From an uncultured Fidelibacterota bacterium (lineage in GTDB: Bacteria > Fidelibacterota > Marinisomatia > Marinisomatales > UBA1611): 50,298 bases of DNA. The notes beneath the pieces are model-generated. The model searched no databases. It saw only the letters and a list, made by a program, of their open reading frames with translations, and was not told the DNA's origin. The stretch lies in the NCBI GenBank assembly GCA_913040915.1, contig CAJWHW010000013.1:1-50298 (forward strand). Direction: 5' to 3'. The position numbers and the translations under genes were made by a program. Within the stretch, counting starts at the first letter, position 1, and each line of letters opens with the position of its first letter. Below, one piece after another: positions 1 to 10,399 of the stretch.

Positions 1-417
1 TCTTTCGGTAAAAAAAATGAAGAAGTTTTCCTTGGACGTGAAATCCAATCTCATCGGGATTATAGCGAAGTAACAGCACGTATGATAGATGAAGAAATCT
101 CCCGTATTGTACGAGATTCTCAACGGACAGCAGATGAAATTTTAAGGAAGGATATTGAAATTCTGCACCGTCTTGCTCAAGAATTGCTAAAATATGAGAC
201 CCTAGATGTCGACGATTTAGTTAAAATAATGAAAGGTGAAAAGCTTACTCGGCCTCTAAATGGTCAAGACAAAAAGAAAAAACCAAGGAGACGCCGTCGT
301 CGGTCACCAGCAAACGGCCAATCAAATAATCAACAGCATCATCAAAGAAAAGCAGAACGGAAGAAACCGACTTCTCAAAGAAAAAGCCACCAACAGAATC
401 CTGAAGTCAAATCCTGA
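1..417 (+). CDS. ftsH: ATP-dependent zinc metalloprotease FtsH, C-terminal part (5'-truncated by window)
   Basis: Frame is open from base 1: SFGKKNEEVFLGREIQSHRDYSEVTARMIDEEI...LAQELLKYETLD, the typical FtsH protease-domain C-terminus. Classical ftsH-folP order. Confidence 0.93.
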   Translation, partial: SFGKKNEEVFLGREIQSHRDYSEVTARMIDEEISRIVRDSQRTADEILRKDIEILHRLAQELLKYETLDVDDLVKIMKGEKLTRPLNGQDKKKKPRRRRRRSPANGQSNNQQHHQRKAERKKPTSQRKSHQQNPEVKS

Positions 418-418
418 T

Positions 419-1273
419 TTGAAATCTTCAGTTTCCCGCCAAACTTTTTCACATTGGTGTCAGAATCCAGATAGGGAAACTCTGATCATGGGGGTTTTAA
501 ACATAACACCAGATTCTTTTAGCGATGGTGGAAAGTATTTTTCAAAAAAATTGGCAATTGATCATGCCCTTTCACTAATTCGAAATGGAGCTGATATTAT
601 TGATATTGGAGGAGAATCAACCCGTCCTGGATCTCAACCACAAACAGCAGATGATGAGTTAGAAAGAGTTTTACCCGTAATAGATGGAATTCGATCTCGA
701 CATGAAGATATTCTAATTTCAATTGATACATATAAATCAACTGTGGCAAAACGTGCCATTTCCGCAGGTGCTGATATAGTTAATGATATTAGCGGTCTAG
801 TAATGGATAAATCAATGGCGTCGGTTATCTCAGAATTAGATGTCCCAATTATATTAATGCATATGAAGGGTAAACCTTCAGATATGCAAAAGAATCCAGA
901 TTATGTTGATTTAATGAAAGAAATCAGTTCATTTTTTCTGGAACAAATCAATATTGCCAAATCAAATGGTATTCATATTAAGAATATCATTCTTGACCCT
1001 GGAATTGGTTTTGGAAAAACTGTCGAACATAATTTTACCATTATCAAAAAATTAAATCAATTTTGTGAGCTTGGTTTTCCTATAATGATTGGTCCATCTA
1101 GAAAATCATTTATTGGCACAACTCTTGATTTACCTCCGAATGATCGTATTGAAGGCACTGCAGCTGCAGTTTCAGCAGGAATAATAAATGGTGCCAGAAT
1201 TGTACGGGTTCATGATGTGAAAGAAATGAAAAGAGTCGTTACAATTATTGAAAATATCAGGACTGCTGCATGA
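419..1273 (+). CDS. folP: Dihydropteroate synthase
   Basis: IMGVLNITPDSFSDGG, DIGGESTRPG, SIDTYK, LDPGIGFGK, SRKSF and RVHDV motifs. Start placed at the in-frame TTG at 419, just after the ftsH stop; the track start at 260 overlaps ftsH. Confidence 0.95.
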   Translation: MKSSVSRQTFSHWCQNPDRETLIMGVLNITPDSFSDGGKYFSKKLAIDHALSLIRNGADIIDIGGESTRPGSQPQTADDELERVLPVIDGIRSRHEDILISIDTYKSTVAKRAISAGADIVNDISGLVMDKSMASVISELDVPIILMHMKGKPSDMQKNPDYVDLMKEISSFFLEQINIAKSNGIHIKNIILDPGIGFGKTVEHNFTIIKKLNQFCELGFPIMIGPSRKSFIGTTLDLPPNDRIEGTAAAVSAGIINGARIVRVHDVKEMKRVVTIIENIRTAA

Positions 1274-2046
1274 CTCTATTAAAATTTGGATTTCTTAATA
1301 TCACCTTAATTGATTTAGTTGATATTATCCTAGTTACATGGATTTTTATCAAAGTTTACCAATATTTTCGTGAAACACGTGCAGGACAGATGTTGATAGG
1401 TTTAGTTATCCTGCTTATATCATCATTTTTATTCAATTCTTTCGGATTAAGTGCAATGTCATGGTTAGTAAATCAGTTCCAAACGGTTTGGGTAGTCGCA
1501 TTTGTGATTTTATTCCAGCCAGAGATCAGGCGATTACTTATTTATGTTGGGCAAACACGATTTTTTCAACGAATATTCATGATGGGTACTTCAAGATCAC
1601 TGGAAGCGGTAGTTGAAGCATCACTCCTTTTAGCTGATAAGAAATGGGGAGCACTTATTGTTATTCAACGCGAAACAGGACTGCGATCATACAAGGAAGC
1701 AGGTACGCAGTTAAAAGCAGAGGTCTCCACACCTCTTTTATTATCTATTTTTAATCCTGGTTCACCAATGCATGATGGTGCTGTTATTTTACAGAATACC
1801 CTTCTAGAGGCAGCTGGCTGCATCTTACCTTTGACAGAAAGTCAAATGGTTTCACCTGAAATGGGAACCAGACATAGAGCGGCACTTGGCATTACTGAAG
1901 AATCCGATGCTATTGTTGTTGTGATTTCAGAAGAACGTGGATCAATTTCAACTGCAGAAAATGGAAGATTTACTCATTTGGAAATGGATGAAATGAAGCT
2001 TCGACGTTATCTCAATGAGAGATTGTTTATTTCTTCCGGAGATTGA
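1270..2046 (+). CDS. cdaA: Diadenylate cyclase CdaA/DacA (three N-terminal TM helices plus DisA_N domain)
   Basis: Hydrophobic N-terminus, FQPEIRR, catalytic HDGA and GTRHRAALG motifs, SEERG. ATGA overlap with folP. Confidence 0.93.
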   Translation: MTLLKFGFLNITLIDLVDIILVTWIFIKVYQYFRETRAGQMLIGLVILLISSFLFNSFGLSAMSWLVNQFQTVWVVAFVILFQPEIRRLLIYVGQTRFFQRIFMMGTSRSLEAVVEASLLLADKKWGALIVIQRETGLRSYKEAGTQLKAEVSTPLLLSIFNPGSPMHDGAVILQNTLLEAAGCILPLTESQMVSPEMGTRHRAALGITEESDAIVVVISEERGSISTAENGRFTHLEMDEMKLRRYLNERLFISSGD

Positions 2047-2178
2047 ATCATAATTTAATAAATGCAATATTTCTATCTGCTTTTGTAAAAATATCAGAGT
2101 TATTATTCCTCTAAATTAATTTAAACTCTTCTGATATTTCGCAGTTAAAACGTAGTTAATTCATCTGTAAATTTTTAC

Positions 2179-3301
2179 ATGGAATTATATGATTTAAAAG
2201 AGCGATTTAACGAAGCTTTAAAGAAAGAAAAAGAGATTAGGAGGTATCTTTGACCTGGAAGCTAGGTCGAAAACATTAGAATCCCTCCGTAGCGAATCTG
2301 TTAATCCCGATTTTTGGAATGACAGCCAGTCAGCATCTGCAACCTTAAAAAAAATCTCACGTATTGAAAAAGAAATAGAATTATGGAATGGTTTATCCCG
2401 GCGTCATGAAGATGTTGAAATTCTAATAGAATTTGCAGAATCCGGTGAAGTAGAATTATCGGAAATTGAGAAGGAATTGCAGACTTATCAAAAAATTATC
2501 GATGATGTAGAAATGAAACTAATTCTAGGGAAACCAGAAGATCTTCAAAATGCCATAATGTCTATCCATCCTGGTGCAGGAGGTACTGAAAGTCAAGATT
2601 GGGCTCAAATGTTATACAGGATGTATAAACGTTGGGCAGAAAAGGAAGACTATAATTTGGATGTTATGGACTTTCAGCCAGGTGATGAGGCAGGAATTAA
2701 AGATGTTACATTTGAGATAAAGGGAGATTATGCATTTGGAATGGCAAAAGCAGAAGCAGGTGTTCATAGAATGGTTCGGATTTCACCATTTGATTCTAAT
2801 AGTAAACGTCATACATCTTTTGCATCTGTTTTTGTATATCCAGCTGTAGAAGAAGATATTGAAATAGAAATAAATCCTACAGATCTTAGAATTGATACAT
2901 ATCGAGCCAGTGGTGCAGGTGGGCAACATGTGAATAAAACTGATTCTGCAGTTAGAATCACTCATATCCCAACAGGGATAGTAGCTCAGTGTCAGAATCA
3001 ACGATCTCAGCACAAAAATAAAAGTCAAGCAATAAAAATTTTGAAAGCCCGTTTATATCAGGCAGAATTGGAAAAAGAAAAAGAGAAGAGCCAAGAATTA
3101 CAGGATCAAAAAATGGATATTGGTTGGGGAAGTCAAATTCGATCTTACGTGTTCCATCCGTATCAGATGGTGAAAGATCATAGAACAAAAAAAGAAATAG
3201 GAAACACGCAGGCAGTTATGGATGGAGAAATAAATCCATTTATTCGTGCGTATCTATTAAGAAAAATCGATATTAAAAAAGAAAAAGCCATGAAGGAATA
3301 A
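2179..3301 (+). CDS. prfB: Peptide chain release factor 2 with programmed +1 frameshift
   Basis: ATG at 2179, 24 codons, then CTT-TGA-C (TGA at 2251-2253). The +1 frame continues DLEARSK...PDFWND and contains the SPF and GGQ motifs. Confidence 0.97.
2239..2254 (+). promoter_or_regulatory. RF2 autoregulatory frameshift cassette (internal SD plus CTT TGA C)
   Basis: AGGAGG-TAT-CTT-TGA-C matches the canonical prfB shift site. Confidence 0.96.
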
Positions 3302-3303
3302 CT

Positions 3304-4794
3304 ATGTCCGACGAACATAAAAGTTTGCAACAAATTATTGACTTTAGATTAGAAAAATTAAGCAAATTGCAGAAGGGAGGAGTTAATCCTTACCCAACGA
3401 ATTATAAACCTACACATAAAAGTGAATCTATCCTTTCAAACTATACAGAATTTGAAGGAGAAACCGTAAAAGTTGCTGGCCGGATTATGGTCATAAGAAA
3501 AATGGGAAAAGTATCTTTTTTTCAGATTATGGATTCAGAAGGTAGGATTCAAATATTCATTCGTCGTGATGATGTAGGTGAAGATAGCTATGCTCATTTT
3601 AAACTATTGGATATTGGGGATTATGTTGGAATAAGAGGACACGTTTTTACTACAAAAACAGGTGAAATATCTATTCATGCCAATAACTTAACTCTGTTGG
3701 CAAAAAGTATTCGTCCCTTGCCAGTCGTCAAGGAAAAGGATGGTGAAATATTTGATGCATTTGAAGATAAGGAACAACGTTATCGAAACCGACATTTAGA
3801 TTTAATATTAAATCCAAATGTAAAACAAACATTTATAAATCGAGCTAATATCATTAAAACCATTCGAAATTATTTAGATGATTTAGGATTTTTGGAAGTT
3901 GAGACTCCAATACTCCAACCATTATACGGCGGTGCTAATGCCCGTCCATTTACTACTCATCATAATACATTAGACCAAACATTATATTTAAGGATTGCAG
4001 ATGAATTATATCTTAAGCGACTTATCATAGGTGGTATAGAACGGGTATATGAATTATCTAAAGACTTTCGAAATGAGGGAATGGATAGAAATCACAATCC
4101 AGAATTCACCATGCTGGAATTCTATTGGGCTTATGCAGATTATGAAGATTGTATGAATTTGGTTGAAGATATGATTCGGAAAGCTGCTGAAAAGGTAGGT
4201 TCTGTTCAAGTAAATTGGTGTGGAATGGATATAGATCTTTCTCAGCCGTTTCACCGTAAATCTATTCTGGGCTTGCTTAAAGAAGTTACTGGTTATGAAT
4301 TGGGTAATCTTTCAAATGATGCAATTCGCTCTGTGTGCAAAGAGAAAAATATTAAAGTTGAAGATAATTGGAATTATGGTCAAATGTTGGACGAACTGAT
4401 GAGCAAATTGATTGAACCGAATTTAATCCAGCCAACATTCATTACAGATTACCCAAAGGCAATCTCACCTTTGGCAAAATCTCATCGGAATGGTGATCCT
4501 AATTTAGTAGAACGATTTGAATTATTCATCGGGGGGGCAGAATTTGCGAATTCTTTTACAGAATTAAATGATCCTGTCGATCAAAGAGAACGCTTAGAAG
4601 CACAATCTGATTTAAGAGAAAGAGGTGATGAAGAAGCTCAACAGCTAGATGAAAATTTCATTCAGGCTATGGAATGCGGTATGCCACCAACAGGAGGTGT
4701 AGGAATTGGCATTGATCGTCTTACAATGTTACTAACTGGTAATAGGTGGATAAAGGATGTGATCCTATTCCCAACTTTAAGACCGGAAAATTAA
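3304..4794 (+). CDS. lysS: Lysine--tRNA ligase (class II)
   Basis: GGANARPF, YLRIADELYLKRL, FRNEG, HNPEFTMLE and GMPPTGGVGIGIDRL motifs. Confidence 0.98.
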   Translation: MSDEHKSLQQIIDFRLEKLSKLQKGGVNPYPTNYKPTHKSESILSNYTEFEGETVKVAGRIMVIRKMGKVSFFQIMDSEGRIQIFIRRDDVGEDSYAHFKLLDIGDYVGIRGHVFTTKTGEISIHANNLTLLAKSIRPLPVVKEKDGEIFDAFEDKEQRYRNRHLDLILNPNVKQTFINRANIIKTIRNYLDDLGFLEVETPILQPLYGGANARPFTTHHNTLDQTLYLRIADELYLKRLIIGGIERVYELSKDFRNEGMDRNHNPEFTMLEFYWAYADYEDCMNLVEDMIRKAAEKVGSVQVNWCGMDIDLSQPFHRKSILGLLKEVTGYELGNLSNDAIRSVCKEKNIKVEDNWNYGQMLDELMSKLIEPNLIQPTFITDYPKAISPLAKSHRNGDPNLVERFELFIGGAEFANSFTELNDPVDQRERLEAQSDLRERGDEEAQQLDENFIQAMECGMPPTGGVGIGIDRLTMLLTGNRWIKDVILFPTLRPEN

Positions 4795-4797
4795 ATT

Positions 4798-5961
4798 ATG
4801 CCATTTAGCCTTAGGCTGGCATTCCGTTATCTATATTCACCAAATAAGGGAGGTTTTTCATCTTTCGCTAGTTGGCTTGCAATAGGAGGGTTGTCTATTG
4901 GTATCACAGCTTTAATGCTAACTGCCAGTATTATTCATGGATTCCAAACTGTTCTATCTGAAAAATTATCATCTTTGGAGGGTGTAGGGAGAATTCAAAA
5001 TATTTTAGGCCAACCAATAACTTCAACCCATCCAATATTAGATTCCTTAACGCAGATATACCCCAATCGACTACATCCATATATTCGTGGGGTCTGTATT
5101 GCTAGATCTGGTGACAATGTGGATGGTATGATAGTTGAAGGGGTAAAGTTGTTACCAAAAGCAATTGATTTAAACCAAGGTAAGATTAAAAGGGGTAATC
5201 TTGTGATTGGTAAAAGTTTAGCTCAGGAATTAAAAGTAAATGAAGGCGACAAACTTTATCTCCAAGTTTTTTCATCAGGATTAAAAACATCCTTCATGCA
5301 AAAAATAAAGTCTGTAACGGTGAAGAAAATTTACCATACTGGTCTGCAAGATTATGATAAAACCCTAACATTTATGAATTTGGATGATGCTCGTGAATTA
5401 TTTGAATTTAATGAAAAACAATTCACAGGGCTTATTATCAATGATAGAATTATTTATAACGAAATGCCTGAGATGAATTATCCATTTCATTTAGAGAATT
5501 GGCAACAGCGTCATACCTTATTATTCCAATGGATAAAATTACAGAAATGGCCAGCATATATTATGTTCGGTCTGATTGCCATGGTAGGTATTGTAAATAT
5601 TATTTCAGCAATTGCCATGATAATTATAGAAAAGTCTAGGCAAATTGGAATCCTTATTGCGCAAGGTACACCAAAGGAAAAAATCAAAAATATTTTTATT
5701 CTCCAGGGCAGTTTTATTGGTCTTATGGGAGCTTTTCTTGGTGGATGTCTATCTATGCTAATAATCTGGCTCCAATTAAAGTTTGAGATTTTAAGTATAC
5801 CATCAGAAATTTATTTTATGGATCAAATCCCGTTTTCATTTGATTTTCCTACTTTTGGTTTGATTTTGGTAACTACATTGATTTTAAGTTTAATTGCATC
5901 TTGGTGGCCTACAAAATTTGTGATGTCTCTAAGACCTACAGTTGCATTGAGGTATGAATGA
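4798..5961 (+). CDS. LolC/E-family (FtsX/MacB-like) lipoprotein-releasing ABC permease
   Basis: N-terminal TM, periplasmic domain, three C-terminal TMs with EKSRQIGIL and IYFMDQIP; ends ALRYE. Adjacent to lolD. Confidence 0.85.
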   Translation: MPFSLRLAFRYLYSPNKGGFSSFASWLAIGGLSIGITALMLTASIIHGFQTVLSEKLSSLEGVGRIQNILGQPITSTHPILDSLTQIYPNRLHPYIRGVCIARSGDNVDGMIVEGVKLLPKAIDLNQGKIKRGNLVIGKSLAQELKVNEGDKLYLQVFSSGLKTSFMQKIKSVTVKKIYHTGLQDYDKTLTFMNLDDARELFEFNEKQFTGLIINDRIIYNEMPEMNYPFHLENWQQRHTLLFQWIKLQKWPAYIMFGLIAMVGIVNIISAIAMIIIEKSRQIGILIAQGTPKEKIKNIFILQGSFIGLMGAFLGGCLSMLIIWLQLKFEILSIPSEIYFMDQIPFSFDFPTFGLILVTTLILSLIASWWPTKFVMSLRPTVALRYE

Positions 5962-7124
5962 ATTGGATAAAAATAATATCTGAAAGATTTACTGAATCAT
6001 CTAGAGAACAGAGTTGGTTTACAGGTTTATTTTCAATCATTGGAATGGGGATAGGTTGTTTTGCTATGGTTATTGCTTTATCTGTAATGAATGGATTTGA
6101 ATTATTGGTTCATGATAAGTTGAAAGGATTTGAGGGCGATTTACGAATTATTAAACCAAAAATAGAACCTGATATTCAATCAATTGAGGGAATTAAGGCA
6201 ATAATGCCATTTATAGAGCGAAGAGGTTTGATTGAAGTTGGCAATAAGCAAAAAGTTGTTTCCTTAAAAGCAGTGGATGTAAATAAAATGAAATCTTTTT
6301 ATACACTACCGTTAAAGGGTAATATACCAAAACTAGGTCAGGTGGTAATTGGACAAAATATTGCTAACCGTCTTGGAAAAAACATTGGGGATGAGATTTT
6401 GATTTACAGTCCAATTGACCAATCATTTGGATATGGTTTACCACTAAAAAAGAAAATGAACATAAGTGGTATTTTTTCAACTAAAGTATTAGACTATGAT
6501 GATAGGTTTGTATTCATGTCATTGATTGATGGTAAAAGGCTATTTAAACGTAAATCAGGAATTGATGGTATAGATATTAGATTTTCTCAGGGTGCTGATA
6601 AATCAAACATTGAGGCAAGTTTGAATGAGTTATTTGGTCATAAAATACAATTTCAATCCTGGGATAATTTGAATAAAGCTCTTATCGATGCAATGAAAAT
6701 GGAACGGTTAGGTACAATTCTAATATTAAGTCTCATTTTTCTCGTTTCTGCATTTAATTTAGCAGCATCTTTGGCTTTGACCTCGATTCAAAAAATGAAG
6801 GAAATTGGTATTTTAAAAGCAATGGGTGCATCGGGAAAATCAATAAAAACAATTATTATCAGAATAGGATTAAAAATAGCAGGGAAAGGTGCATTATGGG
6901 GAATTAGTTTGGGATTCCTTTTAGTAGAAATACAAAACTGGTTAGGTATTATTCCACTGCCATCTGATGTTTATTTCATTGATGCATTACCGATGATCAT
7001 TTTTCCAGTAGATATAATTGTTGTGGCTGGAATCTCATTTTTATTCATTTTAATGGCATCGTATATATCAGGAAGAAAATTGGCAGAAACTAAAATAATA
7101 GAAGTTTTGCAATGGTCGAAATGA
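5958..7124 (+). CDS. Second LolC/E-family ABC permease
   Basis: LSVMNGF, KEIGILKAMGA and YFIDALP motifs; ATGA overlap with the previous gene. Confidence 0.87.
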   Translation: MNWIKIISERFTESSREQSWFTGLFSIIGMGIGCFAMVIALSVMNGFELLVHDKLKGFEGDLRIIKPKIEPDIQSIEGIKAIMPFIERRGLIEVGNKQKVVSLKAVDVNKMKSFYTLPLKGNIPKLGQVVIGQNIANRLGKNIGDEILIYSPIDQSFGYGLPLKKKMNISGIFSTKVLDYDDRFVFMSLIDGKRLFKRKSGIDGIDIRFSQGADKSNIEASLNELFGHKIQFQSWDNLNKALIDAMKMERLGTILILSLIFLVSAFNLAASLALTSIQKMKEIGILKAMGASGKSIKTIIIRIGLKIAGKGALWGISLGFLLVEIQNWLGIIPLPSDVYFIDALPMIIFPVDIIVVAGISFLFILMASYISGRKLAETKIIEVLQWSK

Positions 7125-7789
7125 TAATTCAAGCTGAGAATATTCTTAAATCCTATTCCAATGGAGATAATAAATTAAAGGTTTTAAATCATTTTAACTT
7201 GAATGTATATCAGGGTGAAATCATTACGATCATGGGCCAATCAGGCTCAGGTAAATCTACTGCCCTAAATATTTTAGGTACCTTAGACAATCCAGATTCT
7301 GGGAAAATAATAATTAGTGGAAATGAGACTGCAAAATTAAGTGAATTGCATCTGTCTGACTTAAGAAATAAGCATATTGGTTTTGTGTTTCAGTTTCATC
7401 ATTTATTACCTGAGTTTACTGCTATTGAAAATATCCTAATGCCCTTGTGGATGCGTGGCCAAAAGCATGAAGAGAATAATGCCCATTCTTTAATGGATAG
7501 ATTGGGGCTACTTGATAGAAAAGATCATTTACCAAGTGAACTATCAGGGGGGGAGAGATCCAGAGTAGCAGTTATCCGAGCCCTAATCAACGATCCTTCC
7601 ATTTTATTGGCTGACGAACCCACGGGTAATTTAGATGAAAAAAACGCAAATAAACTCATTGACCTTTTGATAGAAATCAATAAAGATTTTAAACAGACAA
7701 TCGTGCTTACTACGCACAATCCGAAAGTGGCAGAAATTGGTCATAGAAAATTCAGTTTAGAAAATGGATCTTTAATCCAACAAAATTAA
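7112..7789 (+). CDS. lolD: Lipoprotein-releasing ABC transporter ATPase LolD
   Basis: Walker A GQSGSGKS, IGFVFQFHHLLPEFTA, LSGGE, LADEPTGNLD. Start may be the ATG at 7121. Confidence 0.9.
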   Translation: MVEMIIQAENILKSYSNGDNKLKVLNHFNLNVYQGEIITIMGQSGSGKSTALNILGTLDNPDSGKIIISGNETAKLSELHLSDLRNKHIGFVFQFHHLLPEFTAIENILMPLWMRGQKHEENNAHSLMDRLGLLDRKDHLPSELSGGERSRVAVIRALINDPSILLADEPTGNLDEKNANKLIDLLIEINKDFKQTIVLTTHNPKVAEIGHRKFSLENGSLIQQN

Positions 7790-7796
7790 TTTCAAA

Positions 7797-10265
7797 ATGA
7801 AAGAAAATTTTTCAAAACGCGTTCAATTAATAATCAAACAATCAAAAGAAGAAGCTATTCGATTAGGTCATAGTTATGTTGGTTCAGAGCATTTACTATT
7901 AGGTTTATTAAAAGAAAATTCAGGTGTGGGTAAAAAAGTACTGGAAGTATATGATATTGACCCAGATGAAATGGTTACTATGATTGAAGATATGATAAAA
8001 ACATCAGGTGGGACAATGACTTTAGGACATCTGCCACTTACTCGGAGGGCAGAGAGAATATTAAGAAATGCGTTCAGCGAAGCATCTACTCGTGGAGAAA
8101 CAGTTGCCGATGATGAGCATTTATTATTGGCTATGCTTCGCGAATCTGAAGGAATTGCTTTTGAAATTCTTAAATCTTTTTCTCTTGATTATGATACTAT
8201 TAGTGATTTGGTCAAAACTAGTGATGATGAATTACAGCCTGAAATACTAAATTTGTCGGAAAGTTCAGTAAAGAGTAAAACTCCAACATTAGATCATTTT
8301 TCTCGAGATATTACCCAATTAGCCAGAAAAGGGAAATTAGATCCAGTAATTGGTCGAGAAAAAGAGATTGAACGCGTAGCACAAATATTAACTCGTCGTA
8401 AGAAAAATAATCCCGTTTTAATTGGAGAGCCTGGTGTTGGAAAGACTGCAATAATTGAAGGATTAGCACAGAGAATTATTCGGAAAACTGTACCAAGAAT
8501 ATTACATAATCAACGAATATTATCTTTGGATTTAGCTGCTATTGTGGCAGGTACAAAGTATCGTGGACAATTTGAAGAAAGACTAAAGAGTGTGATGCTG
8601 GAGCTAGAAATGAGTAATAATGTTATTATTTTTATAGATGAAATTCACACTATAGTTGGAGCAGGTGGGGCATCTGGTTCTCTAGATGCATCAAATATGT
8701 TTAAGCCATCTTTAGCACGTGGTGATATTCATTGCATCGGTGCAACTACCTTAGATGAATACAGAAAATTTATAGAAAAAGATGGTGCACTTGATCGTAG
8801 ATTCCAAAAAATTACAATCAATCCGCCGACAATAGATGAATCACTAGATATTCTACATGGGTTAAAAGAAAAATATGAAGAGCACCACAAAGTAGAATTT
8901 ACAGATGATGCCATTGAAGCTTGCGTACATTTAGCAGAACGTTATATTTCGGATAAATTTTTACCAGATAAAGCCATTGATGTCATGGATGAATCTGGAG
9001 CACGTGCTCATATCTATAACCTTGAAGTCCCTAAAAATATTATCGATATCGAAGATCGTCTTCATCATGTAAGGGAAAACAAAGAAACAAAAGTTTCAGA
9101 TCAACTATTTGAAGAAGCGGCACTGCTTCGTGACCAGGAAAGAAAACTTTTACGCAGATTAGCAAAAGAACAAAAACAATGGCAAGATTCAGAAATGAAG
9201 GTTGCTGTAAAAATAAATTCTGATAATATTGCTGATGTAGTTTCCTTAATGACTGGGATTCCCATATCCAAAGTTGCAGAATCAGAAAGTCAACGTCTAC
9301 TCCATCTAGACAATGAGTTAAGCAATTATATTATTGGTCAAGAAGATGCTATAAGTAGTTTAACAAAAGCAATCCGAAGATCTAGAATAGGCTTGAAAAA
9401 TCCAAATCGACCAATAGGTGTATTTCTATTCTTAGGGCCTACAGGTGTTGGGAAAACTGAACTAGCTAAGGCATTGGCCAAATATTTATTTCCGCATAAT
9501 CAAGCATTGGTAAAAATTGATATGTCGGAATTTACAGAACGATTTGCAATCTCCAGATTGATTGGTGCACCACCAGGGTATGTTGGTTATGAAGAAGGAG
9601 GTGAGCTGACTGAAAAAGTCAGACGCAACCCATATTCTGTTGTTCTGCTCGATGAAATAGAGAAAGCGCATCAGGATTTATATAATGTATTACTTCAGGT
9701 GTACGATGAAGGTGTTTTGACAGATGGACTTGGAAGAAAAGTAGATTTTAGAAATTCAATTATAATCATGACATCAAATATGGGAACTCGTGATTTAAAA
9801 AACAATGGATTTGGATTTGGAAATGAAAAAACAGATGCAAATTATCATAAAATGAGAGAAATACTCTTGGATAAGGTTCAAACATTATTTTCGCCAGAAC
9901 TTGTAAATCGTATCGATGAATCTATCGTGTTCCATGCTTTAACGGAACAGAATGTTTATGATATTATTGATCTTCAATTGTCAGACTTGATACAAAATCT
10001 TGCAAAGCTAGGTTTAGGACTTAAACTTTCTAGATCAGCAAAAAGTTTACTATCAAAAAATGGATATGATCCAAAATATGGAGTCAGACTTCTCCGTCGC
10101 GAAATTCAAAAATCCTTAGAAGACCCCATATCTGAATTGCTACTGAAAAGAGTTTTTAGTGATGGGACTATACTTTCAGTCACAGTGCGACAGAAGAAAT
10201 TTCATTTTGATATTAAAAAGACATCAAAAGTTTCCCGAAGAAAGCCAAAGTCTCCAGCAAAATAG
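7797..10265 (+). CDS. clpC: ATP-dependent Clp protease ATPase subunit ClpC
   Basis: Double Clp-N domain, two AAA+ modules ([16 protein letters not shown]), UVR-like middle domain (FEEAALLRD) and a GFGF ClpP-docking loop. Confidence 0.93.
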   Translation: MKENFSKRVQLIIKQSKEEAIRLGHSYVGSEHLLLGLLKENSGVGKKVLEVYDIDPDEMVTMIEDMIKTSGGTMTLGHLPLTRRAERILRNAFSEASTRGETVADDEHLLLAMLRESEGIAFEILKSFSLDYDTISDLVKTSDDELQPEILNLSESSVKSKTPTLDHFSRDITQLARKGKLDPVIGREKEIERVAQILTRRKKNNPVLIGEPGVGKTAIIEGLAQRIIRKTVPRILHNQRILSLDLAAIVAGTKYRGQFEERLKSVMLELEMSNNVIIFIDEIHTIVGAGGASGSLDASNMFKPSLARGDIHCIGATTLDEYRKFIEKDGALDRRFQKITINPPTIDESLDILHGLKEKYEEHHKVEFTDDAIEACVHLAERYISDKFLPDKAIDVMDESGARAHIYNLEVPKNIIDIEDRLHHVRENKETKVSDQLFEEAALLRDQERKLLRRLAKEQKQWQDSEMKVAVKINSDNIADVVSLMTGIPISKVAESESQRLLHLDNELSNYIIGQEDAISSLTKAIRRSRIGLKNPNRPIGVFLFLGPTGVGKTELAKALAKYLFPHNQALVKIDMSEFTERFAISRLIGAPPGYVGYEEGGELTEKVRRNPYSVVLLDEIEKAHQDLYNVLLQVYDEGVLTDGLGRKVDFRNSIIIMTSNMGTRDLKNNGFGFGNEKTDANYHKMREILLDKVQTLFSPELVNRIDESIVFHALTEQNVYDIIDLQLSDLIQNLAKLGLGLKLSRSAKSLLSKNGYDPKYGVRLLRREIQKSLEDPISELLLKRVFSDGTILSVTVRQKKFHFDIKKTSKVSRRKPKSPAK

Positions 10266-10329
10266 AGAATAGTCCGCCATATAGGATGATAAAAATATGC
10301 ATTCTGTCATATTGTAAGATCATTTTACA

Positions 10330-10344
10330 TGGTACGTTCCTTGT
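10330..10344 (+). promoter_or_regulatory. Possible sigma-54-type (-24/-12) promoter upstream of dnaK
   Basis: TGGTAC-GTTCC-TTGT against consensus TGGYAC-N5-TTGC: spacing correct, one mismatch at -12. Confidence 0.3.
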
Positions 10345-10399
10345 CATAAACTATATGATTTTTTAATGAATTAAATTTTATCGACTATAAGGAGAAAAA

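Noticed and set aside
260..418. 158-nt dual-coding overlap of the folP frame with the ftsH tail
   Set aside because: The extension has no DHPS similarity, and an in-frame TTG at 419 directly after the ftsH stop is a simpler start.
2477..3301. Apparently truncated or pseudogenised RF2
   Set aside because: Explained by the canonical programmed +1 frameshift.
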